64,000 nucleotides of DNA from Eledone cirrhosa (taxonomy: Eukaryota), in the NCBI GenBank assembly GCA_964016885.1, contig OZ024745.1:99386001-99450000 (forward strand), written 5' to 3'. Each line of letters opens with the position of its first letter. Position 1 is the first letter of the stretch. Below, in pieces: positions 37,452 to 50,889 of this stretch. Made by a program: the position numbers and the translations under genes. The notes under the pieces were generated by a model. It searched no databases. It was not told the DNA's origin and saw only the letters and a list, made by a program, of their open reading frames with translations.

Positions 37452-39689
37452 TGCTGAAACAGTGCGTAACTTATTGGGGGAAAGGTGGTAAGCTGAAATT
37501 GTGACTTGGGTGCAATTGTCTGTTGAAATATTTCGTATTACGCAATTCGCTTATATCCTTTAAAAATGCATGAACATTATAAATTCTAATTTACATCTAA
37601 AGTATAAATGCTTTATAGTCTGACCGAAAGAATGTAATTGATTTTGTTTGAAAATCCACAGCTTCAAAGAATTAACACTGATTTAAGAAATCAAGAAATT
37701 TGCTTAGTGTTATCATTAATGATCTAGCAGATCTTTGACAATGTTATTCTTTTTTTTTTTCTACTGTTAATCTAATCGCTAAAAGTTATCTTTATCAGTG
37801 CGAAATTCTTTCAGTACGATCACATGGTAACAAATTAATTAGAAACGTGAAAAGAAGAAACTTTCATATCACCACGCTTTTCCAGGTGTTAATTTGTGGT
37901 ATGTATGAAGTATATGTAATTTGTGTATCATTTGAAACGGTATAATGATGGAAATAGCAGATGAATAAGGATATCGTAATTACTGAGTCTGTTATTATTT
38001 TACAGTGTAGGCTCAATTGCTTGTGTAATGAACATGCCTAACTATCACATGATCAATTTAAGCAACGGAACAAGCATACACAATAACTAACGAAATAACA
38101 ATAATTCACTGATTTTATTTTCGTCTTACAATGATTAATTTTTCTGAAATTTCTGTTTTATTGTTAGTTTTTTCCCAAATTCAAATTATCCCTCATGCCT
38201 ATATCTCTCTATGTTAGGTCACCTCTGAGTGTTACTGGTAACATGTCACCGAGTACAACCTGTTACATGTTCGAGTCGTTGGTGACTAAACCGGCAACCA
38301 CACCAAGTTTGCTTGGTGAGGAGGGTGGTTTTGGACACTCTGCTGGATGAAAAACAAAACTTGACAAAGGGACTCATGAGAGTCATCGGCCATCCAATAG
38401 TGCATACATATGTATATATTGTGTAGTGTGTAAATATGTATATGTTAATTTAAGTGTGTGTAGAGCTGTAGTTGCTCTCACTGGTTGGCACTGGATGGTC
38501 TTTTGTGGAATCCTGTTTGTCCCAGTGTCTGTTCAACGGGCCACACAGCGAAGTGATGACGTACAATATATGCTCGTTAAAGCTGAGAACCTTAGCCTGT
38601 TTCAGTTCGAAGACCGACCTGCGTGGTGAAAAGCCACATCCTACACGAGGTGCATCTTATATGGCTATCTAGTCTAGCTGAACAGGTCGGATCTAGAGGA
38701 GTAAGTCGCGATAAAAATTCTGCTTGTCTCATAGTAAGCAGTAGTTCATGTAGTGACCATCAGTTTAATTACATGACCTCGGCAATAGGTTGGCACAATT
38801 GCTTCAATTAGCGGAGAAATCTATAAGTATGCAGGTGTAGCGAGTCACGTATATTCTAGCCATTAGAAAAAAAAAAATGATTCACCTTCGATGGAGGGAA
38901 TACTCAAGAAAAAAGAAGACATTATTTATTTATTTCCTTCTACCAGTTTTGTAAGTCAACAAAATACTTGTTCAGCTTTCGGTGTTGTCACTGTTTGCAG
39001 TGATGAGACGTGTATAGAATCTTTACTATTAGTAAGACTTGTTTATTTGAAAGACCAGGGACTTGCTCGTAGACAAAGAAGGAAAAGTCAGCTGTCGGCC
39101 GTCCCTCATTGCCACTTGAAGTTCAAAGCAATCTACTGCTATACTAAATGCCTGGAGCCATAAACATTTCCCGGCATATGTAATTCACCTTTCTCTATAA
39201 CATCAGTTCCACTGCATTAATAAATATTCAACGTTCTTCTATTCATACATAAGTGTTGTGAAGTCCAAAGATTTGATCATTTACTGTGATACAACTTATG
39301 TATCACAGTAAATGATCAACTTTTGGGTTCAGACTTTTGAGACATAGTGTATATCATAGACACACAGATTGAGGATAGTGACTGGGATAGTGAGAAAAGG
39401 CAACTAAAAAAAATTATATAATGGAAGAATCTAGACAATCGATGTAGCTGCTTTGAAAATGGCTTAGATTTCGGTAGCGAGAATGTTCATTATTTGTTCT
39501 AAATTCGATGTCAATATAATGGAATGGACCTCATGAAATTAACATGTACTGTAAGTGACTGCGCATTCTTCAGGTACTTGTAATGATAAAAAACAGTTAA
39601 AGAATAAAAGAATAAATTAGCCTATTTGAATCTTTTCAGAATAAAAAAAAACGTGGATTGTTTTAAACATTAGCTATACGGTTAAACAG

Positions 39690-40075
39690 TTATATGGGTA
39701 TATCATATGGCAATATAGATATATGGCTATATCAAATGGCTATATCTCTCTCTATATATACAACTATCTGGTTATCTGGATCTATCGTTATATGTTTATA
39801 TGGCTATCTGGCTGTATGGCTGTGTGGCTATATGGTTATAGGGCTATATAGCTATATGGCTATATGGCTATATGGTTATGTGATTACATAACTATTATAC
39901 ATAGTTACGTGGCTGTGTAGCTATATCGCTATATGGCTGTATGGCTATATAGTTATATAGCAATATAACAATATGGCAATATAGTAATATGGCTATATGG
40001 CTAAATGGTTATATGGTTATATATTTATATGACTATATTATATATAGCTATATGGTTTTATGTCTATATTGCTAT
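39690..40075. repeat. Degenerate (TATATGGC)n tandem repeat
   Basis: Read directly; 8-bp period. Confidence 0.85.
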
Positions 40076-40400
40076 ATCATCATCATCATCATCATTCGTC
40101 GACTACTGTCGAGATGATGGATCTCACTCTCATGCCCCAGAATTCTCTGTCCCCCATCGCTGCCCCCAGGTCCCGTCTACTGATTCCCGTATCCCTAGAG
40201 ATAACGTCAGGGAATGACAGCTTCCTACTCCTAGTCAGGCTGGAGTCAGGGTTCCAGAGCAAGAGAGCGGATATGATTTCATTGCTGGCACGGTGACAGT
40301 GGCCAGCAAATTGAGCTCTCCGGAATTTTAGAAGGGCAGAGGCTCGAGGGAGTTTGCCATAGATTTCAGACAAGGTGGAGTCGAACACATAATCACCAAG
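40076..40400 (-). mobile_element. RTE-clade LINE 3' end
   Basis: EIYGKLP...RRAQFAGHCHR...LLLWNP...RDTG...AMGDREFW, followed by a (TGA)n tail. Confidence 0.85.
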
Positions 40401-41944
40401 GTACGTGCCTTCACAGCGAAGAATTCTTCATGTCAAAGAATTCACAAACAGCAGAGATAAGATATCAGTGAATTTCGCCCCTCACTTGATTTTAATGACT
40501 GACCTTAACTATTTTAACTTGCTAGGCCATGCTGTTCATACTCTCCCAGAAAAAAATACGACTTCCCTATAATCCTATCTCAGTCCATTTCGCTGGCTCA
40601 CATGAGAAATCAATTTTCACATATATTGGTATTATACTCAACTCCTATGAGTTGGTAAATTGAAAACTAATAAAGAAACCACTTTCGTTGCTATATTCCT
40701 CGATCTCTTGCACCCCCCCCCCCCACCATCGTCAACAAGCACAAAAGCAACACCAACTAAATTTATTTAGGAATTCTTTCGTGAGATATATAAATTTCCG
40801 TCTAGTACATTCATAAAAAGAATAGTGTAACACAAATGTAAGCGAGCACATATTTACACACATGTGCATACATACACACGCACACACATACATATACACA
40901 TACACTTATTTACACACATGTGCATACATACACACGCACGCATACATATACACATACACATACACAATTATATATGCACACAGAGAATGTAATTTATATC
41001 ATAGCTCATCGCGGATCTATTGTGCAACATGGCGCCTACGGTTTAGTTATTATTCTAAAATAATGTATTTTGTATGCATTTCATATATTCTCCACTAATT
41101 ATGTAGGATTATGTTTGAAACGTTAAAAATAATGATGTACAACTGAGCATTATACAATAGTTTTCGAAATTCTTCTTTCATAAAATTATACTGCCTATTC
41201 TTCATACTGAAAATAGTTAGATAAAGGATATGATTATTATGGAGCTGTTTAAAAAATCTTACAGTGACTACATTCCATTTTTTTTGTGGCTATATGAGTT
41301 AATAGGGGGTGTGTATGAAAGAATCTGCGATGTATTTATCTATAATAAAAAATATAGGTTTCGTTATGACTTTTTTAACTTATTGCTTATTCTAATCTCA
41401 GTATCGAGTAAGTAAATGCAACTAATGATGGATAAAACATCTGGAGCACCACACAAGTTCTCTTTTGTAAGAGAAACGGAAAAGTGCTGATTACCAAAGA
41501 AAACAATGTTTCATTAGATCTTTCCATTGTTGATTCTAACTCAAAAAGAGAAGGATTTGAAATCAGAATGCACCAGGGCCGGATTAGATGCCAACAATTT
41601 CGCCAATCCAGCAGCCGTGGGCTGACACTCTTTTTTTTTTTGACTCCTAAAAACATGAAAGGCAAAGTTGACATCAGCATGTTGGAACTTAGATCGCAGT
41701 AGGACTGAAAATATACTGAGGCATTTAAAGCCGTACCGTCATGACTCTGCCAATTCACTACCTTGAAAGGTCGCTTAAAGCAAGAAAAAATACCTAATAT
41801 TGAGAGAGATGCACACAAGCTGTCAGTCATCTCGTAAGCAATACCGAGTTCGGGTTTCATTAATAATTTTATTGTTCTTTTCGATCACAAGTTGGTATTT
41901 ATAAAAAGTATAAAGTTTGATATTTTTTATAATAAATATGTATG

Positions 41945-42019
<75 letters not shown>

Positions 42020-42026
<7 letters not shown>

Positions 42027-43589
42027 AGGTTGTTAAAGTTTGCTTGAAGCATTGTGAAATGTGTAAAATATGTAGTTTAGAAAGCCACAACAATGCAGAT
42101 GGGAAATCTCGAGGTAGGAAGTGATTGAGAAATAGGAGAAAAGTGAAAATTGAGAGAAACGAAAATGAAAACAAAACAAAGGTAGAAGGGTTACCGTAGT
42201 GGAGATTTAATCCCAATATTTCGGGCTCACGCCCATCAACGGGGGAAAGTTCCAAAAGGGGGGGAACAGGCTAAGCCGGAGAAAGTTGTATTGTCGTTAA
42301 AACATAGGAATGCCGTTATGGGGAAAATTCAAACGAGGGAAAGAATGCGCGTGCGCGTGATAGGCTGTGGCAAAAGCTACTGACCAATTGGGTTAAATCA
42401 ATAGGGTGCGCTAGCGTGTGAAAGCCGTAAAATATGTGTGTGTAAATATATATGTGTGTGTAACTGTGTGTGTATATGTGTATGTGTGTATGTATGTGAG
42501 TGTGTGTGTGTGAAAGATAGTGGGCCGTAGAAGCTGGAAATCAAAGGGTGTGAAAGGTGGTAGGTTGTATAAACATGTGTGCGTGTATAAATATAGATGT
42601 GTGTGTGTATGTGTATGTGTATGGGTATACATATAAGTGCGTGTGTGTGAGATATAGTAGGCCGTAGGGGCTGTTACTGGTCACTATGGTTAAATTAGCC
42701 ATGTCAGCTCATTTCTCTCAGCCCGGTTGTTAAGTGGGGGTCTGAGGTTCTTAATAACAAGTGCTTCCTTTATCCTTAAGGATCCGATGCTGCGTTCAGT
42801 CGCTAGGACTGTGACCAAGGATCTGCCCTGTGGGTTTCCGCATTTAAGGATGTGTTTACGGAAGGAAGATGCGTTGGTGTTGACATGTTCCTTGATACGA
42901 ACATGTAGGGGTCGGATGGTGCTACCTATGTAAAACTTGTTACATTTATCGCATTGAATCTTATATACGACATAGGTGCGTAGGCAGTTGCTGAGGGAAC
43001 ACGTCCCATCTGACTCGTCGGGTTTGTTGGAGAGGCATCTTCGGAGCGAAGGTCCTGTGTGGGCCAAATGTATGTCAAGTCCCTCCCTCCGTATGGCCCT
43101 GCGGATGGCGTTCGTGGTATATTCACTCAGGTGGGGGATTTTAAAGAAGCACCTGCTTTTATCTAAGTTTCTAGTGGGTGTCTGTCTATTGGGTCTGGGG
43201 TCTCTAATTCCGTTAATCAGTCGCTTGGGATATCCATTAGACTTGAGTAGATTACGGAATTGCGTGGTATGGGTGAGACCACCCATCAGGTCGCTGCATC
43301 TATTAGTGATCCGTGTAAGTTCATTTAGGACATAGCCTCTCTTAGCGTTGTTGGGGAGGGCTGAGTTGTAATGCACAAATAAGTCCTTGCACGCTGCCTT
43401 GCGGTAGAAGGTGGTGTTTATGTCTCCTTCTTCCGAGATGTTGATACGGAAGTCGAGGAGGGCGAGTGACCCGTCTTCTCCAGGGTTTTCGATGGTGAAA
43501 TCGACGTGATGGTCAGTGTCGTTGAAGATTTGGTGAATTTCATTCGCCATCTCCCGGGAAGAAGTGAGTATCAGTATGTCATCAACGTA
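42020..43589 (-). mobile_element. 5'-truncated PLE (RT C-terminus, GIY-YIG, 3' pLTR)
   Basis: The frame starts at YVDDILI (43589) and includes FTIE, LLDF and VVYKIQC..C.KFYIGST.RPLHVRIKEH. A variant hammerhead lies at 42211-42246. Both flanks are (TA)n. Confidence 0.92.
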
Positions 43590-43611
43590 TATATATATAT
43601 ATATATATACT

Positions 43612-43689
<78 letters not shown>

Positions 43690-43690
<1 letters not shown>

Positions 43691-46600
43691 GAAAAATTTT
43701 TTTGAACAGGGACAAAACAGAGAGGCAGTACAATAAATGTTTATTAATTTCACGCTCAGGAAAGTGGGGGGTAGGTGGGGGACGACGTTTCGGGCATAAG
43801 CCCTTCCTCAGGTGAGAAGTGTGTGGGAACAGAGTTCAAAAGGTGTGTAGGGGAGTGGTGGAGAGACATATAGCGAAAAAAGATAAAAAATATAAAAATA
43901 AAGCATGATCAAAATACAAGGAATGAGAAAATTTAAAAATAAAGGCATGATCAAAATAAACTGAAATTAAAAGGGGGGTAAACAGGTGGTGGAAGGGTGT
44001 GGGGTGAGTAGGGGTGGTGGCGGGTGGAGTGGGGAGAGGGAGACGGGGTGTCCGAGCGGGGAGGGCTGAAGGTGGTGTGTGTGTGTAGGTGTGCGTGTGT
44101 GTGTGTGTGTGTGTATGTGAAAGTAAGGGTTGGGGGAAGAACGGGGTTGCATGTTCAGGAAGAGGTGTGTGTGGGGGGTGTTTTTGTGGGTCGGAGTGTC
44201 TGTGCGTGTGTGGATAGGGGGGTGGGGGAGAGGAATCAGGAGGCTGAGGGTGTAAATATGTGGTGGGAAGCACGTGTGTGTGGGGTTAAAGCGTGTTGCG
44301 GGTGTGGGTGGCGTGTGGAGAAAAAATTTTTTTTGGGGGTGTGTGTGGGTGAGTTATATAGGTGATGACGTAAGAGGATGGTTGAAAAGTTGGTAAGTTC
44401 CAAGGATTTTGGAGGATTGGTTATAAGTCAATTTCTGCGTGTGGGTAATCCATGAAGCGGTGGTCGGAAGAGGAGAGATGTGGGGTGCGCGCGCAACAGG
44501 AAGTGGTCAGCAGTGGGAGTGCTGTGGTCTGTTGGTGCTGGGAGGTGGTCAGAAGGTCATAGCAGCAGTCGGTGGAATGGTAAGGGGGCGAGGATGGGTA
44601 GGTGTGAAAGTTGGAGTGAGGACGGTGTGTGTGTGTGTGTGTGTATTAGTAGGGGTGTTAGTGGGATGAGTGAGTGTGGAGCGGGGGTGTGGGTGGAGCG
44701 GGGAGAGAAGGGTGTGTGTGGTTCTATGGAGGGAGTGTGGTGTACTGGTGTGTGTGTAGTTTGGTGAAGAGGTGTTAGTGGGTGTTAGTATACGGGAGGT
44801 GGGGAGGGGTTGAATGCAGGTGTGAGTGGGGGTTAGTGGTGGTAGGGTGTGTAGAGTTGGTGGTGTACGAGGGTGTGTGGGTACGTGTGCGTGGGGTTGG
44901 GGGGTGTTAGTGATGTTAGTTGCGTGTGGGGTGGGTGGTGTAAGTGGGTGCGTGTGTGCGTGTGATAAGGAGGGGGAGGAGGAGAAGAGGGGAGGGAAGG
45001 AATGTTAGCATGTTAGTTGGGGAAGGGTGGTCAGATGAGGGGTGGAGTGGAGATGTTAGTATTGTTAGTGTGGGGTGGGCGGTGAAAAGGAGGGGTGTGT
45101 TAGTGGTGTTAGTGGGGGATAAGTGTGTGTGTGGGGGGGGGGGGGGGGGCAGTCGAACGCTAAAGGAATAAGGGTGGGGAGTTCAGGCCGGGAGGAGTGT
45201 GGGTCTGTAAGATGAAGATAGTACGTTGTTCGACCGTAAGGCGATGGGCGGGTGTACCGTGGCACTGGAGTAGGCCACAGACTGTGAGATGGTGTGCGGA
45301 GTGTCCAGGGCCACCAAAGTGGCGGGCGATGGGGGAACTGCCCCCGAGACGAATATCCTGGAGGTGCTCCGTGACTCGGTCCGCCAGGCGACGTCCCGTC
45401 TGTCCGACATAAGTCGCGCTGCACTCCGTGCAGCGAAGTCCGTAGACTAGGTTGGAGGAGGTGCAGCGGAAGGCATGCCGGACCAAGAGAGAGTGGCCGT
45501 TGGGACCCTGGAAGGTGGTGGTGTTGGTGATGTGGGGACAGGTGTTGCAGCGGGGCCGAGAACAGGGAAAGGAACCGGGGGGAGAAACAGAGCGTGGGTT
45601 GGGGCGTAGGGAGCTGTGGACGAGGAGGGTGCGGAGATTGCGTGCGCGTTTGAAGGAGGGGAGTAGTTGGGTTGGGAAGATGTGGGAGGTGGAGGGGTCG
45701 GACTGGAGGCGTCTGAAGAGGCGGCGGATGGTGCGGTGGAGGGGTAAGGTGGAGGGGTGGTAGGTGATGGGGAAGGGGAGACGGTGGGTGGGTGTGCGGT
45801 GGCGTGGGATGAGGGTGGTGGAGCGGGGGATAGCACGGGCGCGGGTGAGAGCGGTGTAGACGAGAGAGGGGGGTAACCTCTGCGGATGAAATGGCTGACT
45901 AGGGAAAGGGCTTGGGACTCGAAGTCAGCATCACGGCTACAGAGGCGGCGGATCCTGAGAAGTTGGGAGTAGGGAATGGAGTGTTTAGTGTGGGTGGGGT
46001 GGGAAGAGGTGAAGTCGAGGTAAGAGTGGGAGTCGGTGGGTTTGAAGAAGGCGGAGGTGACGAGGGAGTGGTGGGAGGGGTCGAAGGCGACGGAGATGTC
46101 TAAGAAGTGGACGTGGGTGGTGGAGATAGAGGTGGTGAAGTGGAGGGAGGGGTGGAAGGAGCAGAAGAAGGAGAGAAAGGAGTCGAGCTGTTCTCGGGTG
46201 AGGGTCGTGGCTCCGATACAGTCGTCAATGTAACGACCATACAGTTCGGGCGTGGGGCCGGTGTACTGGGCAAAGATTTGGTCCTCAACATGGCCAACAA
46301 AAAGGTTGGCATAGTTCGGGCCCATTCTTGTGCCCATGGCTACCCGCGTGACCTGTTGGTAAAACTCACCCGAGAAGGAGAAACAATTTAGGGTGAGGAC
46401 CAGCTCGGCGAGGCGAAGGAGGGTGGGGGTGGAGGGAATGGGGGAGGGGCGAAGGTCGAGGTAGTGTTTCAGGGCGCGAAGGCCGTCGGCGTGGGGGATG
46501 ACTGTATAGAGGGACTTGATGTCTAGGGTGAAGAGGAAGGGCTGTGGCCGGGTAGGTAGGTGAAGGAGTCGAAAAGGCGCAGGGCGCGGTTGGTGTCGGA

Positions 46601-47290
46601 GATGTGGGAGGGGAGGGTGGTGACAAGGGAGGCGAGGAGGGAGTCGAGAAAGGCGGAGATGAGTTCGGTGGGGCAGTTGCAAGCGGAGACGATGGGGCGG
46701 CCGGGGTTGTCGGGTTGTGGAGTTTGGGGAGGAAGTAGATGGTGGGGGTGCGGGGGGTGCGGACGATGAGGTGGGAAGCGGTGGGGGGAGGAGGAGGGAG
46801 GAGGCGATAAGGTCTTTGATGGTGGAGGAGACTTGTTGTTGGTAGAGGGGGGTGGGATCGGAGGGTAGAGGGCGGTAAAAGAGGGGGTTACGGAGCTGCC
46901 TGAGGGCTTCGGCCGTGTAGAGGTCCGCGCGCCATACCACTACGGCGCCTCCCTTGTCCGCCGGTTTGATGACGATGTCATCTCGGCTACGGAGGGAGCG
47001 GAGAACGAGGAGTTCGCCCCGTGAGATATTGTGCCGTTTGGAACGGTGGCGGAAGTCGAAACGATTTACTGCGCTACGGCTGGCATCGACGAAGGCGTCC
47101 AGGGTGCTAAATTGCCCTGGGGCTGGCGTCCAAGAAGATGGTCGTCGGCCCAGGGCGCGAAACGGGTCTGGGGCGTCCGGAGCCGGTGGCGTTCGGCCGA
47201 AATGTGCCTGTAGCTTAGTGCGTCGCACGAATCGCTCGACTTCCGTTCGGGTGCGGAACTCGTCACTGTGCGGAGTGTGGGGTATGAAGC
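43690..47290 (-). mobile_element. GC-rich PLE (Neptune-like RT-GIY-YIG), frameshifted, with a long 3'UTR
   Basis: IVIKPADKGGAVVVW, LDIKSLYT, VAMGTRMGPNYANLF, RYIDD, HFLDI, then SNLVYGLRC..C...YVGQTGRRLADRVTEH. Confidence 0.93.
43781..43815 (-). ncRNA. Minimal hammerhead ribozyme
   Basis: Minus strand: ac-CTGAGGA-agggc(ttat)gccc-GAAA-CG-TC-gt. This is the typical PLE minimal form; stem I is short. Confidence 0.75.
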
Positions 47291-47430
47291 GAAATAGTCC
47301 AGAAATAGCCGTCGAAACGGGTTGAGCTCTGGGTTAAACATTTTCCTATTACCCACTCTACTACCCTAAGTATTGAGTACTCTGGTGCTTTATGGTCCAT
47401 CTGGTTCCTTACAACACCTCCTTCGTTATA
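47291..47430 (+). mobile_element. Family-X pLTR tail fused in inverted orientation to the 5' end of the GC-rich PLE
   Basis: tagtccagaaatagccgtcgaaacgg...cctattacccactctactaccctaagtattgagtac...ccttcgtt matches 29071-29211. Confidence 0.85.
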
Positions 47431-47450
47431 TATATGTATATGTACATATA

Positions 47451-47495
<45 letters not shown>

Positions 47496-47504
47496 ATATA
47501 TAAT

Positions 47505-47720
47505 AGGGCGGTGGATTGGCAGTATAAGTAGAGGGTTGGACGCCATGCTTTGCAGCATAGAGTTACGGCCATTTATGATCTGAGTTCAAATCCCGCCGAG
47601 GTTAACTTTGCCTTTCATCCTTACGGGGTCGATAAAATAAAGTACCAGTCACGCACTGGGGTCAATTTAATCGACTTTCCCCAAAATTGCTGGCCTCGTG
47701 CCTATATAAGATATTCATTA
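47505..47720 (+). mobile_element. Nin-type tRNA-derived SINE
   Basis: A box tggcagtataagtaga, B box gagttcaaatcc, Nin-like core and (att)n tail. Confidence 0.85.
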
Positions 47721-47721
47721 T

Positions 47722-47761
<40 letters not shown>

Positions 47762-47879
47762 ATAATAAATGTGAAGACTAAAATCCGAAGAGGGTTCGAT
47801 AAGGATGAAAGCAGAGATTTTTTGCTTAAATTTTAATCTGTTCTTATAATAAATAAATTATACATATATATATAATATT

Positions 47880-48778
47880 AAGGATTCTATTTATGGTTAT
47901 GTATATACTAAAACTTTTTATAGTTATGTATATTTTAAACCCTAAACAGTGAAGGTCAGTAATTTATTACTACCTTATTACCAGTAAGATAAATAGCTCA
48001 ATGTAATAACATCAGTTGTTCTACAGAGCAGTTATATAGAATTCACAAGAATCAAAGCTATGTTCAAAGCATTTATTCACTTACAATTGTTTCATCCAAA
48101 CCTAGGCTTGGTGTCTTCGGAGCATTTTTCAATGTTTGTACACATAATTGACCTCCTTTCCAACGCAAGAGACATACAGATACATATATATTGATGTACA
48201 GTGGAGTGACATATATTATACTACATTATTTCGGTATAGCAATTCAAATTCAAAATCAAAATCAAAATTAAAATTAAAACAAAATTAAAACAAAATTAAA
48301 ATACATTCGTCAGTTAACACAAATAATGCAAGAGGATAGTTTGTTAGTCAGATTTAGTAGTTAGTGTATGCGTTAGTTACACGTGGGGCATGCAAGTGTG
48401 TCTCATTTATATATGATTATTGTGTGTCAGGGTGTTACATGTAATACCCGCTTAAAGTGCTTCTATTACATGTAACACCCTGCCACACAATAATCATATA
48501 TAAATGAGACACACTTGCATGCCCCACGTGTAACTAATTTTGTTTTAATTTTGATTTTGATTTTGAATTTGAATTGCTATACCGAAATAATATAGTATAA
48601 TATATGTCACTCCACTGTACATCAATATATATGTATCTGTATGTCTCTTGCGTTGGAAAGGAGGTCAATTATGTGTACAAACATTGAAAAATGCTCCGAA
48701 GACACCAAGCCTAGGTTTGGATGAAACAATTGTAAGTGAATAAATGCTTTGAACATAGCTTTGATTCTTGTGAATTCT
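47880..48778. mobile_element. PLE-derived doubly nested foldback
   Basis: 48038-48285 is inverted with 48537-48777, and an inner pair 48373-48443 is inverted with 48466-48536. The tail is on the left. Variant hammerheads lie at 48078-48124 (-) and 48692-48738 (+). Confidence 0.8.
48692..48738 (+). ncRNA. Hammerhead variant with CCGAAGA core
   Basis: tgct-CCGAAGA-caccaagc(ctag)gtttggat-GAAA-CAATTG-TA-agtg, identical in the mirror arm. Confidence 0.6.
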
Positions 48779-49469
48779 CTCTCTCTCTATATATATATAT
48801 AAAGTTACGACCGTTTCACAGATTTATAATCAATAATGACCTTAATGCGAAACCTCGCTTAGTTTTCAATATATACATACTGCCTTTACATAATATATAA
48901 CAATGATAGTGAATTGCCCTAATTTAACTGCAAACAAATTGACAAGAAACCAACGTTCTCCGCGAACTCAAACGAATGTCGTTGATAAATTAACACTCAG
49001 CTTTTCTCACCAGATACATATCATAAAGTATAACAAATCACGAATCTTATCCCTCAGGATAACGGCAACCAAACCTACACTACTGGTACAGTGGTGACGA
49101 ACATGAGGTTGCAAACGTCGTATTATGCGCTTTCTATATAACTGTGTACATGTATGTGCTTAGTTGTGTTTAAAGTTTCATTAATGAAAAAAAGAACATG
49201 TAATAAACACCAATGAAAAGATTACATGTTTAATAACGAAAGATTCTTAGCTAGGAACTAGGAAATATTTATATTGAAGTTTATAAACCTCTTTCAACGC
49301 TTAACATAATGAAATTTGCATGATCCGAAATACAACACCAATTTATTTATCTTGGAGTACCAAAACTGACTAGGTAACTAACTACCCCCCCCCCCCCAAA
49401 AAAAAAAACTGATTCCAAACATAGCAAACATCTTGATTGCTTGATCATTTGTTATCGTTAGTCAGAAGG

Positions 49470-49660
49470 GAGTATTATATCTCTTTATCTCTTTCTTACT
49501 TCCTCTTTATCACTCTCTCCTTCGCTGAAAGAAATCGGCTGTGTTTAGACCTGGAGATGAGATGAGGTTCGCTGGGTTTTTAAAAACTGTCCTTAAATCG
49601 CCGTATGTCACTACGGCGCTCTTCCGGCTTTAGAGTTCCGAGTCCATACATACAGTCAGA
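49470..49660 (+). repeat. Dispersed repeat, diverged inverted partner of 50430-50630
   Basis: ctgtgtttagacctggaga...taaatcgccgtatgtca resembles the reverse complement of 50470-50545. Confidence 0.6.
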
Positions 49661-50029
49661 AGGAAGGGCAGTGTTCATGACTCTTCTCAGAGCCCTTGAG
49701 ACTGATGAGAGGATAGGCCAGAGATATAACCTGAATGCTTGCAATATAGTAAATTTCGCTAAAGGCATTTGAACTCAGAATAAAAGAACCAGAACCAATA
49801 CCACAAAACATTTCGTTCAACTCTCTAACACTTTACATAATTCTGTGCCTATATTCAAGTCGGGGACTTCAAATGAAACTCATCAGCGCTAAAATTATTG
49901 TTGATTTCATGGTTTAGCCTCAGATCAACTCTGATCAAACAGGCTCCTGATCAATGCCACTCCATCCATGATTATCCTTTCTTTTCCTGTGTATCGAAGA
50001 CCCCCATCGGTCACGAATGACCATGTGAT

Positions 50030-50275
50030 TTGTACCTAGGAAGTTTCCCTCCGAGGCACAAGTCTGTGCAAGGTTGTTTGAGGAAGACCAGCATTCACCC
50101 ATGCATACCAGCCTCCCCTCTCCATGCCACCGATGATGTTCAAGGGAAAGGCTTTGACCGATACAGCTTGATACCAGTGACGTCGCAACTCATTTCTACA
50201 GCTGAGTAAACTGGAGCAACGTAAAATAAAGTGTTTTGTTGAAGGACATAACGCATCACCCAGTCCGAGAATTTA
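50030..50275 (-). mobile_element. SINE sharing the core of the 799-1010 family, with a different tail
   Basis: ctggagcaacgtaaaataaagtgttttgttgaaggacataacgcatc core. Confidence 0.7.
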
Positions 50276-50629
50276 GTAGAATGAAGATGAGTATGATAAA
50301 ATCAGTAGGGCACGTGGCAACGTCTTCCAGCATCTAAATTACGCCCGTCGATGTTCTGATTTTAAATCATTTATTGGCTGACTTTGTCTGTTATGGCTTC
50401 TTAGCCAATAAAATAAGTATCAGTCATATGGTATGGTCCTGTAACTTCTAAAGGAGTCGTAGAGGCACCATGTTGACACACGGCGCTTTTAGGGCTTTTT
50501 TAAACCTGGCAGAACCAATCCTTCTCCAGGTCTGAATACAGCAGATTTATTCCAGAGAAGGATAGGTAGTGAAAAAGAGGAAGTGAGAAGAAAGAAATAT
50601 AGAGAAAGAAACAACCCCAGTACTAGACT

Positions 50630-50765
50630 GGTAATTATTTTTATCGACCTCGAAAGGATAAAAAGACAAAGCTGACCTCTGCGGGATTTGAACTCAGAGA
50701 GTCGAAACGAATATCGCAAAGCATTCTATCCGGTCATTCTAATGACTCTGCCAATTTGCACCTTA
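50630..50765 (-). mobile_element. Nin-type SINE head and core
   Basis: ttttatcgacctcgaaaggataaaagacaaagctgacc...ggatttgaactcag...ctctgccaattt. Confidence 0.7.
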
Positions 50766-50889
50766 TCAGTCACATACTTGGGTTAATTTAATCGACTGTA
50801 TCCAAACGCCAAATATATGACTTTGTACCAGTGGAATAAACTATAATTATTGTTTACTAACACCTCCAGAAATTTTTTTTTAATTTGTC

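Noticed and set aside
38590-38700. Possible HDV-like ribozyme (ccgacctg...caggtcgg) in a LINE-UTR-like repeat; also the ccctcctc motif of the 29.9-kb and 38.3-kb repeat
   Set aside because: I could not build the P1/P2/P3/P1.1 double pseudoknot by eye. A descriptor search would be needed.
41387-41860. 157-aa minus-strand ORF as a possible host exon
   Set aside because: It has no recognisable motif and spans a SINE fragment near 41635-41740.
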